Shown: positions 37,601 through 50,455 of the stretch, one piece after another
Numbering within the stretch: the stretch's first letter is position 1
Layout of the letters: every line of letters begins with the position of its first letter
DNA from: Takakia lepidozioides
Taxonomy: Eukaryota; Plantae; Bryophyta
Assembly: GCA_030704615.1 (NCBI GenBank)
Contig: CM060731.1
Coordinates: forward strand, 11,098,001-11,162,000
Reading direction: 5' to 3'
Length of the DNA stretch: 64,000 nucleotides
Program-made: the position numbers and the translations under genes
Notes under the pieces: model-generated
Told to the model about the DNA's origin: nothing
What the model saw: only the letters and a program-made list of their open reading frames with translations
The model's database searches: none

Positions 37601-38919
37601 TCTGGCCTATGTTGTATCCAAATCGAGGAAGGATTTTCTCTGTGTAGATATTGGGTTGATTGTTAATTCTCGGGGCTCTAAAAGGTTCCCTACTACTTTT
37701 GTGGGAAGGAGGCAGCAGCAGAGCCTTGGGTCCACTTGGAGTGAAAGGTGTCAGTGGAAGACGTGATCAGTATAGTAAACCGACCTAGTGTGGGGCCATT
37801 GAAGAGATGGAATCAGAGTTTGTGGGGGACAAGCGTGGCGCCAAAGTTGTGATGCTAGGGACTTTCCCTCGCATGAGATTTGGCCTTATTAAATGCCGCT
37901 GACAGATACGTATCGCTGGTGTAAATGTATTGCGGCTGTCCGCTGCAACAGTCAGATACATACTGTTACCTCGGGAGTAGTTAAGGCATGTGGGGGCGTT
38001 GGTAGTTCTCAAGGGTGTGGATGTGAGCTATGTACAGGATCGATGGAATGCAAGTATGGCAGTTCAACCTGAGGTTGAATGTAGAAAAGTTGACGAGGTT
38101 ACCTAGGCTCTGTCCTCTTTTGCTTGGGAAAAACAAAATCAACCTTTTTAACCACCCATGCCTTTCCTTGTTAAGATTAGACCTACGGCGGTAGGGAACA
38201 GGTTGGACTACAGCTTGCAATTCCCAATTCCCAATTCCCAATTCCCGATTCCGATTCCCGGATCCCTAGGCGACTTGTGCACCTGGATATAGAAGGTTCA
38301 CTGCCATGGAGGTATTCATGTGCAGTGTCGAGATCAGATACATTGTCCATTATACCAAGTGGCCTGCACTTCCTCGCCTTGAGGAGGTGGGTTGCATGAA
38401 ATAGCTTGAATGAAGGTCACAACAAAGAAGACCTTTCTGACACTAGGAACTGTTGTTGTAGGCTTCCAACAGCAGATGGTGGCTCAAAGAGGAACTCTTT
38501 ACCACTGCCAACATAACAAAAGAAGGGAAGAAACACAGTAGAGCTACAAATGACGTTTTTGTCCACCGACTGGACAATTGAAGTCGAGAGACAAGGGTTC
38601 TCTCCTTTGGGATCAAGACAGCCTTCTTGTACAAGCATACAGACATCTGAACGTACTCAGTGAAGCTCGCTGCGTTGGACGCAAGCAGAGAGGGACAACA
38701 AGCACAAGAACGCGTGAAGCCCAACATGACTAAATATTGCACTCTTTATACAGAGGTGCAACTTTTTGTTTCAAATATAGCCCTCCCTGCAACACTTTAC
38801 AGTGCAGGGAGGTGCAAGATTGTTGTCAAAAAAACGCAGTTATCAAAAATAACTACACTCAAAATTCAAGTCCGTGTGAAGTTTGTTTGTTTCCTTTCAA
38901 AAAAAATCAAGCAGTGCGA

Positions 38920-41580
38920 CTAATTCCTTTCCTGAAAGCGCATGGATCTAGTCATTGCTGCAGGATTTTCATGCCTGCTGATGTTCTCTTCTTGGACATC
39001 TGAACTCCTAATCTCTGTCTTGGGTTGAAATGCCTTGAACATACTGCCGGAATTGACCGAATCAGGCCAATTCTTTGAGCCAGGTGTTGCCCAGACACCG
39101 CTTGGAGCTGCCCCTTCTCCAGGATCTTCTATCCGCAATGTCTTTGGGGCCCAGAGAGCTCCTTCCTCAGCAGGTCTGTCGCGCTTGGCTGGTAAAATTG
39201 GTCCATTTGCTGAGGAAGAAGACTGCGCAGCTAAGGCTGCGGCTGCAGCTGGAGCCCATGGCATGGTCCATCCACCTCCCCATGCTTGGGGGACCCATGA
39301 AGTTCCTGGCATTCCCGGCATGGGCGGTCCCCAATGAACCCCTGTCCAGACACCCCCAGAGGGTGTGCTCCAAGCTTGGACACCATTTGCTGGTATCGAA
39401 CCTGACCCAATAGTAGTAGCTAGAGGAGGTGTGCAGAATCCAGCACCTGGGGGCACTGTTGCTGCTCCAGCCCACCCAACTCCATGGCCATAGGGCCAAG
39501 CCCCATTGAAGAAGCTGAAGGGAGCTCCACCACTGGTCCAACTTCCAGTGTCTGCTGCGGGCATGGGCCGATACAACCCTGCACAATCTGGTTGCAGCTG
39601 TAGATGTGACATCGGCCCTCCCACCAGCGAGGGCTCCTTTGGGTTTGATAAGGGCGTCCAGCAGTTGCCACAATCATCCATCGTTTCCCTTGCCTGCATC
39701 TCATTAGCCACCTCACTACTGCTGCCAACCCCAGATTGCAAGGTGTCCTTGGGCACCTTTTGCTGTTGTGTGCCTCCAGAGTCTGAACATCCCACACTGT
39801 CCAAATCAGCAACTGCATGTATTGTCTATTGTCAGAAAACTGACCAATGCAATCCAGCACCGGCTTTAACAAAGCTATTACTGGCTCCCAAATGAATGAG
39901 GATTCAATTCACTATGACCAATCATCATGCAAGGAGCAGCCAACCACCCCACAAATGCCATGTCTAGATTTTCTTTGACCCCTCATCCTTACTCTTCTCC
40001 CACAAGAGGTTTGTTGCAGACCACTCAGTAAATGGAGGGCTCATTTAACTGCAAACGCCTTATTCAGATCCCCTCTTAACCCATTTCACCTGGACCAGCT
40101 CACATCACCCTTTCGGCCCTACCAATACATCTAAACAGGAGCATAGGCATGGATATCATTCTTGGTCTTCCCCTACCGAGTAAACCCAGAAAGAGAGCCC
40201 AGACATACTGGCTTAGGCTCCGCTTGCAAAGCTTTACTATGGCTGCAATACCAGCCTTTTCCCCACGAAAGACTTGCCTCTTCCCACCAAAAAACTGTTC
40301 GGCAGAAACACAACACCAGAAAAATAAAAATGCGTCTGTGACATCCTGCTCAAGGCACGAAAATTCACCTGAGCCTACGAAGTTATTCGAGTATGATTGA
40401 GCAGGCATCGCTGTCAGCCTGTGCAAAGAGAAAACCGAGGGCGCATTGTCAGCAAGCCCACTATCTTGGCAGAACGATGTTATTGAGCTCCCACCAGGAG
40501 AAGAGTCCAGCGGGGAGCACTGGCTTCGTATCCTGGATGCCTGAGGAATCTTCAAGTGGGAAACCTTGGGCGCTGGCAGGGAGCCCGGGAGTAATTGTTG
40601 GGCAGCGTCGGCAACATCACTACGGACAGTGGTGATCACGCCCCCCTCAGCGGGACCCCCATGTCGTGGCTGTAGCCCCCCACCATACTTGTTCTTCCGC
40701 CGACCCGCACCCACGGGAACGTTCCTAAGAGTACCCCCTGCTGTCCAATACCTTTGACAGTTCTTGCAGAAGTGGCGTGGTTGATTCACATTGTAGTTGT
40801 TGTAATAGCAAAACTTTGTATCGAGGCTGTCACACCGAGGGCATGCAACCACTTTCTCAGGTTTCCGCAGAGTCTTGTCTTCCGAACCAGTGCCTTGCCC
40901 CCCCTCGTCCACCCTTTCCCTTTCCTCCGACGGACCCCCTTCACTCTCTTCGCAAATAATTCCGGGATCAGATGCCTCGACACCTCTCACAGCTTCTGTC
41001 GGCATACCAGACTTATATGGCTTCTCATCCTCCGGCCCACTAGTACTATCTGAAGAGCTTAGCCGTTCCTCTGCAACTCCATCACCCCCAGCTTGCACCA
41101 CTATGCCATCCCCAGCATCCCCTCCTTCCTGCAATCAGCATACGAGTTGATTAAACCTCTATCGTCTCTCAACGACAATCTTGCCAGACAGATGCAGTGT
41201 CGGTCGGTGAAGTAGAAGAATCGTATCGAACCGCTTGTCGCTAGTGAGGATTTTTCTCATATTTCAGATATCATCAAGCAGCATTCCAATTTCCATATCA
41301 AAAGTTGCCAAGAACCAAATCAAGAAACTACAAGCACACAGCACACTTCCAGTGTGCGAGGTGTTGACCGACGTAAATTACTAATGCATTATCTCAAAAC
41401 AATTGGACTCAATTTCGGTTTTGCAAGTACCTGACTAGATGTATCCCAAGAAACAGTCTTGTTGGCCCCTGAATCGGGAACAATGGTCTGCCCAAAAAGC
41501 TTGATGGCTGGGTCGCATCCTCCTCCTTCCTCCTTCGTCGTATCTTTCACATCCCTAATATACTTTCTGAGCTTCGACAT
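38920..41580 (-). CDS. CDF: CYCLING DOF FACTOR-type Dof transcription factor; probable exons 41580-41431, 41128-40369, 39812-38920
   Basis: N-terminal DPAIKLFG; Dof domain [50 protein letters not shown]; C-terminal [19 protein letters not shown] and [13 protein letters not shown] motifs; GT-AG introns in compatible phase. Confidence 0.93.
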
Positions 41581-42213
41581 GGCCCAGCACCTGATCAACC
41601 CTGTTCTCTGCGAAAGGATTGACGACCTTTCCTGCCTGGTTGCTGCTATAGAAGGCTAACTTTCGAAGTTTCCTTACTTAGTCTCTAACAACTTCTAAAC
41701 ATTCGACAATTCCAGCTCCTGTCTTCTCTTGCTCTCGACTTCCAACTCCTCAATCTGTCATGTCTCGTTGCCTCAATGCCTTGCCTAAATGCCAACAGAG
41801 ATCCTACACGAGCTTATGTGCCGACGGAGAAAAGACCAAAATCCGAGAGACCAAAGAGCATCTTCAATCTCACACGAACCATCACCATTACTCCCAGGTC
41901 ACGTTTCCGACGAGCAGCGAGAACTCACAAAAGTATCAGTTTCAATTTACACAGGAACGATGGGAAATGTTTCATCCGCAAACGCTGCAGAGCCAAACAA
42001 TACTCCAAAAACCCAAAAACGCAGTCTTTGTAAGACTCAAGCAAGCTGCTTCTTCTCCCTCCCCCCTCCGCTCAAACCGACAGCATGAAAAGCAAAGCGC
42101 AGTCCGACATAGCCACACTCCCTCGTTAGAAACGCGCTGGAAACTAGCAACCTTCCTCCAGTAAACCAGACGGCCACACAGTAAAGAAGCCGCTCCCCTC
42201 TGCACTCCACATC

Positions 42214-42612
42214 CACGTGGCCACTCTCCGTTGGTAGCCACCTGTCTTGTCCAATTCCATCAAGCACCCGATGCCACATCGGCAGACGGCACGCGCACAC
42301 CCGCGTCCTATTCGCCATCCCGGATTGGTTCTACCGTAATTTATTTATTACCACCAAATATTTACCACTTGGGGAAATGCTATGGATAAGTGGCGCGGTA
42401 CTTTCCTAGGACCGTAGGAAAACCTACTTTTCCACTCGGCGGGATCCGTTCGCACATCCGGCATGTGGTTGTCAATCTCGTACCGCAAAAGTGACACGTG
42501 GACGAGGGTGCGCACCCTTTTGTCGGTCCTTTCGGATGCTAAAGCGGCGCAGTTGGATGTGCTCTGTGGATGCACAGCAGGCACCGGTCAAAAGTGGTTG
42601 GGCCGGCACGTG
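42214..42612. promoter_or_regulatory. Three G-boxes (CACGTG) upstream of the CDF gene
   Basis: CACGTG at 42214, 42495 and 42607, each followed by G. Function not shown. Confidence 0.45.
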
Positions 42613-44074
42613 GGGAAAAGTGCAGGGCCGCAGGAGCGTGTGGCTGTGCTGCTTTGGCGCGGCCTCCATTTTCCACGTTCCAGTGTAATAATCAGAATAT
42701 CACAAATTGCAACTCGCATAACACAATTACAATAATTAACCGTGTGGATAGTATAATAATAATCAGTGTTTTTGTTTTGGCGAAAAATCTGCCAAATGGC
42801 CACCTCAAAAAATTAAAATGGAATATTCTGTCGTAAACTCCCAATTCTTCATGGATGAAATCGCCAAACTTCTACAGAGAAATAATAATAATGGATGAAT
42901 TTGAAAAATATGGATGATATAAATGGATGAAATCTCGAACGAGGATGATTCTATCCAAATTTCAATGGATGAGCAGAACATATAGCTATTTCCTGTAAAA
43001 CTTAATAGCCACTCGTGCTATTTTTCAAAAACTTTAAGAAAATTCACTGGTGGATACTGGATACCTACACCAGCGCCCCAATAAAGAAAGAAAATTATTT
43101 ACAGGGCCTCAAGGCTCAGTTCCCCTTTTATTTAATAATATAATAATAATAATCAAAAGTTGACATCTCCGTCTCTTTAACTCTTAGTACTTACATGCAA
43201 TCGTACAATTCAAGGAGCTACGGTACTTTTTTAACTGCAGAGGATGGTATACACGTATACACTGGCGGAAACAAGGTTTCTGTTTTTAAGCAAAATCAAA
43301 TTAATTAGCCAAAGAGATTAAAAAATAAAAAGATAAAAAAAGACGTTGACCGGATCCGGGCCACTTTCTGCACAACCCCAATTAGGCGGTAAATATTTAA
43401 AGATACTTTTAAAAAGCGGTAGCCCAAAATGGGCATCCGCTTTTTGCCAAATAAAGTAGGAGCTAGCTTCGAGGCAATACGACCCGTTACTTGCAGGCAT
43501 GCACAATCCGGCCGCGTCGAGTTATTCTCATCCGCATATTCCAGACTCTCATCCAGAATCTGGCCTACCGAATCCAATTATCAGGTCGACACCTGACTGC
43601 TAGCGTGTGAGTGACCGAAAATAGCCACGTACTTTCCATGAACAGCAGCAAAGTTACAAGAGTAGACATAGTAAGGGAATTTTATAATAGTCAAACCTGC
43701 TGGCGTGCCTGCCGCGCCGATTATTAAAGCGACCCCATAAAGCCGTGGCCATGTGCGGCGCCTCCACGCGGCACTTCAGCAGGGGTGCACGCGCTGAGAG
43801 ATCACGTGCGCCCTGCGTAATCCGCGCTCCCCTAAAGTGCCCTCCTTTTGCCAGCCTTTGCGGTGGATGAAAAGTGGTGGATGCACGAACTGGCATGCGC
43901 ATGAATGAGGAGCCTGACTGGACGGATGTAAAGCGGGTTTATGGTGGCAACGGCAACCTACCCGTCGCCTGTCGTAAACCCTACGCCTTCCCGCAAACCC
44001 GGGGGTCGGGAAGGCTGGGGTGCTGACCTGTCATTATGGTGGGCCTCACCCGCCATAATGGCCGGTGGGAGGTA

Positions 44075-44710
44075 GTGGATTTCGCTTTTCTGCGTCTCTT
44101 GGCTGTAGGCCATACTAAAAAACCAAAACACGTAGAAAAGTCTACGTCCTTTGTATTTTTAGGGATTTCCTCGAGCTGAAAAGATCCTATTGTTCGCTTG
44201 AGTACGCCTCACTTTCCTCCGTCTCAACAGACATAGAAAAGTCTACTTGCTCATCAACCCAACATTTGCTTTGTACTTTTTGGGGGCTCGAGAAAAGCTC
44301 AAGTGGGTTGCTTGGGAGTAAAGCACCGTGGATTTCACTTTCCGCCTCATCGGCTGTAGGCCATATAAACAACACATGTCGAAATGTCTACTTGCCCATT
44401 TTCCAACATTTCCTTTGTACTTTTTGGGATTTCCTAGAGCTGAAAAGCTTGAGGCGGTTGCTTGGGAGTAAAGCATGGTAGATTTCACTTTCCGTCTCAG
44501 CTCATCGGCTGTAGGCCATATAAACAACACATGTCGAAATGTCTACTTGCCCATTTTCCAACATTTCCTTTGTACTTTTTGGGATTTCCTAGAGCTGAAA
44601 AGCTTGAGGCGTTTGCTTGGGAGTAAAGCATGGTAGATTTCACTTTCCGTCTCAGCTCATCGGCTGTAGGCCATATAAACAACACATGTAGAAATGTCTA
44701 TTTGCCCATT
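44075..44710. repeat. Tandem repeat, unit about 150-155 bp, about 4 copies
   Basis: GATTTCACTTTCCG...GGCTGTAGGCCATATAAACAACACATG recurs at about 44331, 44481, 44636; more diverged material from about 44075. Confidence 0.9.
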
Positions 44711-47700
44711 AGCGGAACATTATTTCACATTGTTGGAGGCAAAAAAGTCCCATCTGGAAGGTTTCGACGAAATGCCCTAGGGTTTGCGTGCAAGTCTAGA
44801 GTACAGCAGCCAGCTGCCCCAGACATTTCTGGGTTTAAGTTAGGTCACCTAATTTATTGTTCTGGGCAGTGATATAGGACACGTGGATGGCGAGTGGCCA
44901 CGGGCAGGGGAAAGTTTTGGCCGGTCCTTCCATCATCTAATATCCTGGCCGGAGAACTTTCCAGGATTTCGATGCTGGTCTCGGGCGTGTCTTGCGGCCA
45001 TATATGCCACAGGGAAAGGGTAGCACCGAACGGTCGATGTGGACGAAGATGATTTCCAGCTTTCTGCGCAAAAGTGGATGAATAAATGGTATTAATTGTC
45101 CAGAAGAGGTTCACACGATGGATGAATGTTGTCGGCCATACTACACCATAGGACGGGATGAAACATGGATGAACAGGTTGACAGGACACGCGCGGAAAGG
45201 TGCTAGTTGGAGATATTGACAGAAAGGACGCACCGAAAAGCTGCCACCCGGCCATTACTGTTCCTCGGCACTGCTGTCTAATATTCTGATTAAATCATAT
45301 TGTAAGCCTTTAATGCGGGGTTCCTGGGTCCAGTCAAGCGTGGCCTGTAGCCGCCGCTTCAAAGGAAAAAAAGGGATGACTGGGCCGGCTTTAGGCGAGG
45401 AAGGACTACGCAACGCTTTTGTGTTTCTCACGGGACCAGTCACCAAAGTGTTTGGTATGCAACGCAATGTTTCGAGGAGCCAACAGTTTCTTGACTCAGG
45501 ATGTTTGGATGGATAATCCATTGGTTGAATGCGAACTTGTGTGTAATGAAGTCATTAACTCAGAATACAGATTTGCTCGGCACTTAATCAGAGACGGATA
45601 GTTTCCATTTCCTACCGTGACACCGGTGAATATATATATATATAAAGGAAATATTAAAATACAAAAAAGTATGCATTTCATAAAAAAATTGGGGACATTG
45701 TGGGTGAGGGTTTAAAGAGCCTTGAGGAGGACTACGAGGTGTGTGCCATGCCAAGTCTAGTGATAGAGGAAACCTTGGAATTCTTGAGGAATCCTACCAA
45801 TTTTGAAACTATAGTCCGAGAATTTGTGGCATGCGCTAGGGCTCAGGCTCGACAGAAATGGCTACAATCATCACTTCTCTCCTATTGTTTCAAAAATAGT
45901 GAAAGAGGCCCATGTAAGTATAACTACTTGTTGAATTGAAACAGTTTTTCAGTTTGTTGCTATTATTGGTTTTAACTACTATTACGATATTGTGGTTTTG
46001 TAGGATGGAGAGCTGTTGCTTGCATTTGATCCTATGAGTGACTCTTCGGACAAAAGTCTGTTGCCAACAAACTCTGGGCTCAGGGAAAGTTAGGGCGCTT
46101 GCACCCAATGGGGGCAGTGGAGACCAGCGGGCAGAAAGTGCTATTCCAAAATTTCTTGATTTATGCTCAAGTAGATACACACTTACAAACAGTTTCTGAC
46201 ATTTACCCAACCTCTTACTGAAGGAGTCTTTTGAGCACCTAATTCTACAGCTCATCTTTGCAAATTAGGCAGGTAGCACTACTTTTTCTCTTTTTTTGAA
46301 TAAGAGGGAGCGGCGCCCCTGTTTAATTATATATTTAGAAATAATTATCCGTCAGGGGAGAAAATAACCATAAAAACAAATCCATCAACCTTTACTAGTA
46401 GAAACGTTCTAGCCAAAATAGTTTAACCGTTATCTGCTGAACAGAACTTTTTAACTTCACTTTTCACCACCCGTACTCACGTTTCACTGCCACTTACCTA
46501 CCACGATTCATCTGGTAAAATGAACCGTACATATAAATGCTTATCTACCGTATACTTATATTTATATTATATATTTTAAGGTGACATATCGTATATAATA
46601 AGGGGAAAAAAAAAACCCCCCACGGGGCCTTATCAAATTTCCGAGATTTTCACCCTTGTTTAGAAAGATTGTAAAGCGTTTGTGAGGATCCTACATAAAG
46701 TAAAGTAAAGTAAAGTAACAAAGTAAAGTAATGTAGAGTAAATTCCTTACATACAAATGTGGTTTGGTGTCGACTATGAAAATTTCGAAACCAAACAAGG
46801 TTTATCTTTATTAGGGTCTTTTGTATGTGTTTTCGGGGGCACCAAAATAACAATTCAAGGTGGGCATTGCCAAAGATTGTTTTGACAATGACATGTTTCA
46901 CTCAACCCTCCGCTCAGGGTATGGATTGTACTGCAGTTATGAGGCTGGTCAGAAAATAATTATATGTGGAACTTACAAATGGGCGCCCCGGAGTGGGGCT
47001 AACTGTGGGCAATTATGACTTGCCACGATCTAGAGGTCAACTCTGCGTGACCCCACTTAGTATCATGACTTAGGACAATTCCTGAATATTTTTATAGACC
47101 TTCAACTCACCAAATTGGTTACTAAGTACAACTAGTACGGTGAATGAAGTCTTCATCATTCTATTAAGAGTTTCAAACACAAGGCACGTCCAGGATCTCT
47201 GTTTGGTTGTTTGATTGTAGTTGCAGACAAGATGGAGATCTGAGGTCCAGGCTCTGTAGAGCCTTCACTGGTGGCCTGATCCTGCATGGGGCATGACAAA
47301 CTATCAAACAGTGCTCTATTCATTCCATCCACTTGTAGCCCAGTGGTAATGACACATAAGTTACTACCACCTCAGAAGTGGTTGTTGGTTCAATTCACCG
47401 AGGCACTACAAAGGCACTACAACACCTTGATTTATTATTATTGTTGTTGGTTTTCTGAAAGTTACTGCCCTTCCGGTTTCAGTTTTTGGGGGTTCGCCAA
47501 AAAGGGGGCTTGGGCCGGCAGTAAAATATAGGGGTTAAAAGGACTTGTGTCCCCTTCTAAAAAAATGACATGGGCCTTGGAACAAATAATTAATATCACC
47601 GAGGCATAATTCAGACCCTTAATTACAAAGACGATAAAATAATCTCTTTCGCCATGAAGGGGGAAGATATGTACGATTGTACGGTTGTATCACATCTCAC

Positions 47701-47831
47701 AACGTAACATGATTTGAACCCAGAATCACCTGTGTGGCACTGGATATTTTTATTTCCTTAAAACAAACTTGGATAACTGGATCGGATACTGGACCAGTAT
47801 TTGTTTTTTCACTTTTTCAAACTCGCACCAA

Positions 47832-48040
47832 CAGTCAGTAGCCTTAGTTGGTTAGTGCACTGAGTGCCACCGACATGACTCTGGGGTCAAATCCTGCTGC
47901 TTGACTAGTGTGGTTTGCTCTTCCCCCCCTCCTTGGGCGGTGTCCCATTTAATGGGACACCTCCACCGCGAGGTTAATGTGAAAGAGGTTATTTTCTTCT
48001 CTCACTATAACTAAGGGACCTGATTTGTGAGCTGTCGCTA
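47832..48040 (+). mobile_element. tRNA-derived SINE, 5' part; continues at 55958-55993 after the Gypsy insertion
   Basis: TAGCCTTAGTTGG...GGGTCAAATCC; ends GTGAGCTGTCGCT and resumes GCTCCCAGGTGTTTCCATTT, contiguous in the 14888-15125 copy. Confidence 0.85.
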
Positions 48041-48574
48041 TGTCATGATTCCGGCGCTATGGGTTTGTTCCCCTTCCTCTATTGGACCATGTTTGCGGAA
48101 TGTAGTAGTAGAAGGGCCTGGCAGAGAAGACGGAATCTTTCTAAGAGGACGCCACAGACCCGGAACACTCTCATCCAACCACTTAGGCACACCGTTACGC
48201 CCAACGTACGCTCACGTAAGACTCAAAAGCCACCACCCTCACTGCCACGACAGTGAGGCTTAAATAGCATTAGGTCATAATCTAATCTTAGTGCCATGTG
48301 GCACTTACACATAGGTCCCCCAAATGTCCTTAAAGCATAGCCATAGAAAGAAGCCATATCACCCAGTCCCATCCTAATCTGATCCTAAACTAGCTGTTAG
48401 AACAAGACATCCCCTATTAAAGCCCTCAGCTGTTGCCAGCTCATCCTCATGCGCAAGGTGTAAGTCCATCCAGCTTTCATCCTGGCTTCGTCCATCCCTT
48501 AAATCATCCGGAGCGCATCCCTCCTCCGTCCATCCATGTCGAAAAGTGAGGTGAGAAGGAATCCCAGCTCCACA
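48041..48574 (-). repeat. 3' LTR
   Basis: Direct repeat of 55417-55957. Confidence 0.92.
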
Positions 48575-48793
48575 TATGTGATGCCTGCTGGGGCCACAAG
48601 GAACTGCGAGTGATGAGCTCAGGGAGGACAAAAATGAAGCTTAGCCAAAACAAGCTACACACCCATCACACAAGGGATGAAAAAACCTAGGGAAGAAAAC
48701 CTCACCCTGCAAGTTGGGTGGAGGACAAAACATCCCATAGGAAAAATCCCAAGTGCTACAAATGGTGTAGAAAACTAGCACGAAATTAAAACA

Positions 48794-50138
48794 CTACTCT
48801 AGAGAAGAGGCTGTCAGATTGCAAGCTGTCCGAGCGGTGGGAGTGAAGATAACCTGACGGTTCTCAACATTCAAACAGGTTAGATCAAAAGTAAGAGTGC
48901 ATGGAACAAGGAATGAAACATGACTGGAGCTACCTAAATGAGGAGTAGAGGCATGTTGTGGGAGCAAGACATACTGCCTGCCGGGAAGAATATCAGAGAT
49001 AAGGTAAGGGCCATCAATGCGTCGTTTAGCCTTGGAAATCTGCTTACCAGGCTGGAGTCTCACACAAATAGACTGGCCTACCTTGAATGACTCATAATAT
49101 ACAACATGGCGGTTGTAATTCTTTGCTTGAGCAACTTGAGCAAACACAATGTTAGATTTGGCAGTTTCCCTCAAACTACGCCGTTTAGCATCCATGGAAA
49201 ATAAGAAGGTTTCCCAATTCTCAGGCTCAGTAGTCGAGACCTGCAGCCAGGAAATATGCAAAGGGGTTCTACATTTTCTACCATACAAAAGTTCAAAAGG
49301 TGAGATTTTGGTATTGGCATGGATAGAGGTCTTGTAGGCAAAGAGCAGAATAGGCACAACAATATCTCATTCATCAATGAGTGTCCCATTCTTCTCAAGC
49401 ATCTGGCATATAGTTTTGTTAAATTGTTCTGTCAAACCATTGCATTGGGGATTGTAGGGAGCAGTAACGGCATGCTTAGTGTTGAGATTAAACAAGACAA
49501 TCTCCATAAGTTGGTTGCAGAACTCTGTACCTTGATCCGTGAGGATTTCCAGAGGGCAACCATGACGAAGAGTCACCTTATCAAAGAAGAATTACACCAC
49601 CTCATCACTATCCTTAGCAACCAAAGGTCGGAGCTCAACCCATTTCGTCAGGTAGTCCGTTGCAACCGCAAGGTATGCATGGCCCTTGGACGTGGATTTA
49701 AGGGGTCCGACTAGATCTAAGCCAACTTTGGCAAGTGGTTCAGTCACCGGGATAGGCTGTAAAGGCAAGGGAGCGTCAGTTCTAGGTAGGATGGTCTTAG
49801 CATGACATGGCACACACCTTGCAATGAAAGCTGAGACAACTTTTAACTAAGCTTTTCCAGTGGTTCTGCTCCTGTAATCTCTTGACAGTTTTAGCAACCC
49901 CCAAATGGCTAGCATAAGTAGAAGCAGGGTATAATTCAAGTAAAACAGGGACAGCGGACCTAGAAGGGACTTCCACAGCAGAGGTACCTTCCAAAGCAGT
50001 GACTCTGAACAATCTCCCTTCACTTTCCCGATGGCTGGGTAAGTGATAGTTGACTTGCCTCATGAGCAGCTTGGATATGCCACTAAAGTGGGGTGCTGAT
50101 TTTGCACCTATGGAGAATAGCATCGTATAGTGGATCAT
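48794..50138 (-). pseudogene. Gypsy integrase
   Basis: SHLGVAKT...CKVC, VGLDLVGPL, TDYLTKWVE, ILTDQGTEF, YNPQCNGLTE, SPFELLYGR, DGPY. Confidence 0.92.
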
Positions 50139-50455
50139 CCATGCCTACATCACTCATGGCCACACAACAGCAGGTTAGTGTAGGCAAGAAGAAAGTGGCA
50201 GCCCCCGTTCTCTTCCTTTCGGAATCCTGACTTCATTTTCAGTTGGCTACATATGAAGAGGCAAGAAGGTTGTAAGGCACAGCTCAGTCCCTCGGTCAGA
50301 AAATAAACCAAGGCAAGCGCCAGACAAGATAGGCAGTGCTAAGGTAAGGAAGAGTACCAGACTACACTGTAGGATACCAGACCAAAATTCATGCCAATAC
50401 CAGGGGAAGTTCAGCCAACATCAAACTGTAGAAGATCCCAAGTATCAATTGCAAG

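Noticed and set aside
39035-39895. Antisense and alternative-frame ORFs over the CDF gene and over Gypsy pol regions
   Set aside because: Shadow frames of GC-rich coding sequence.
45700-45939. 79-aa ORF as a gene
   Set aside because: No identifiable domain or splice context.
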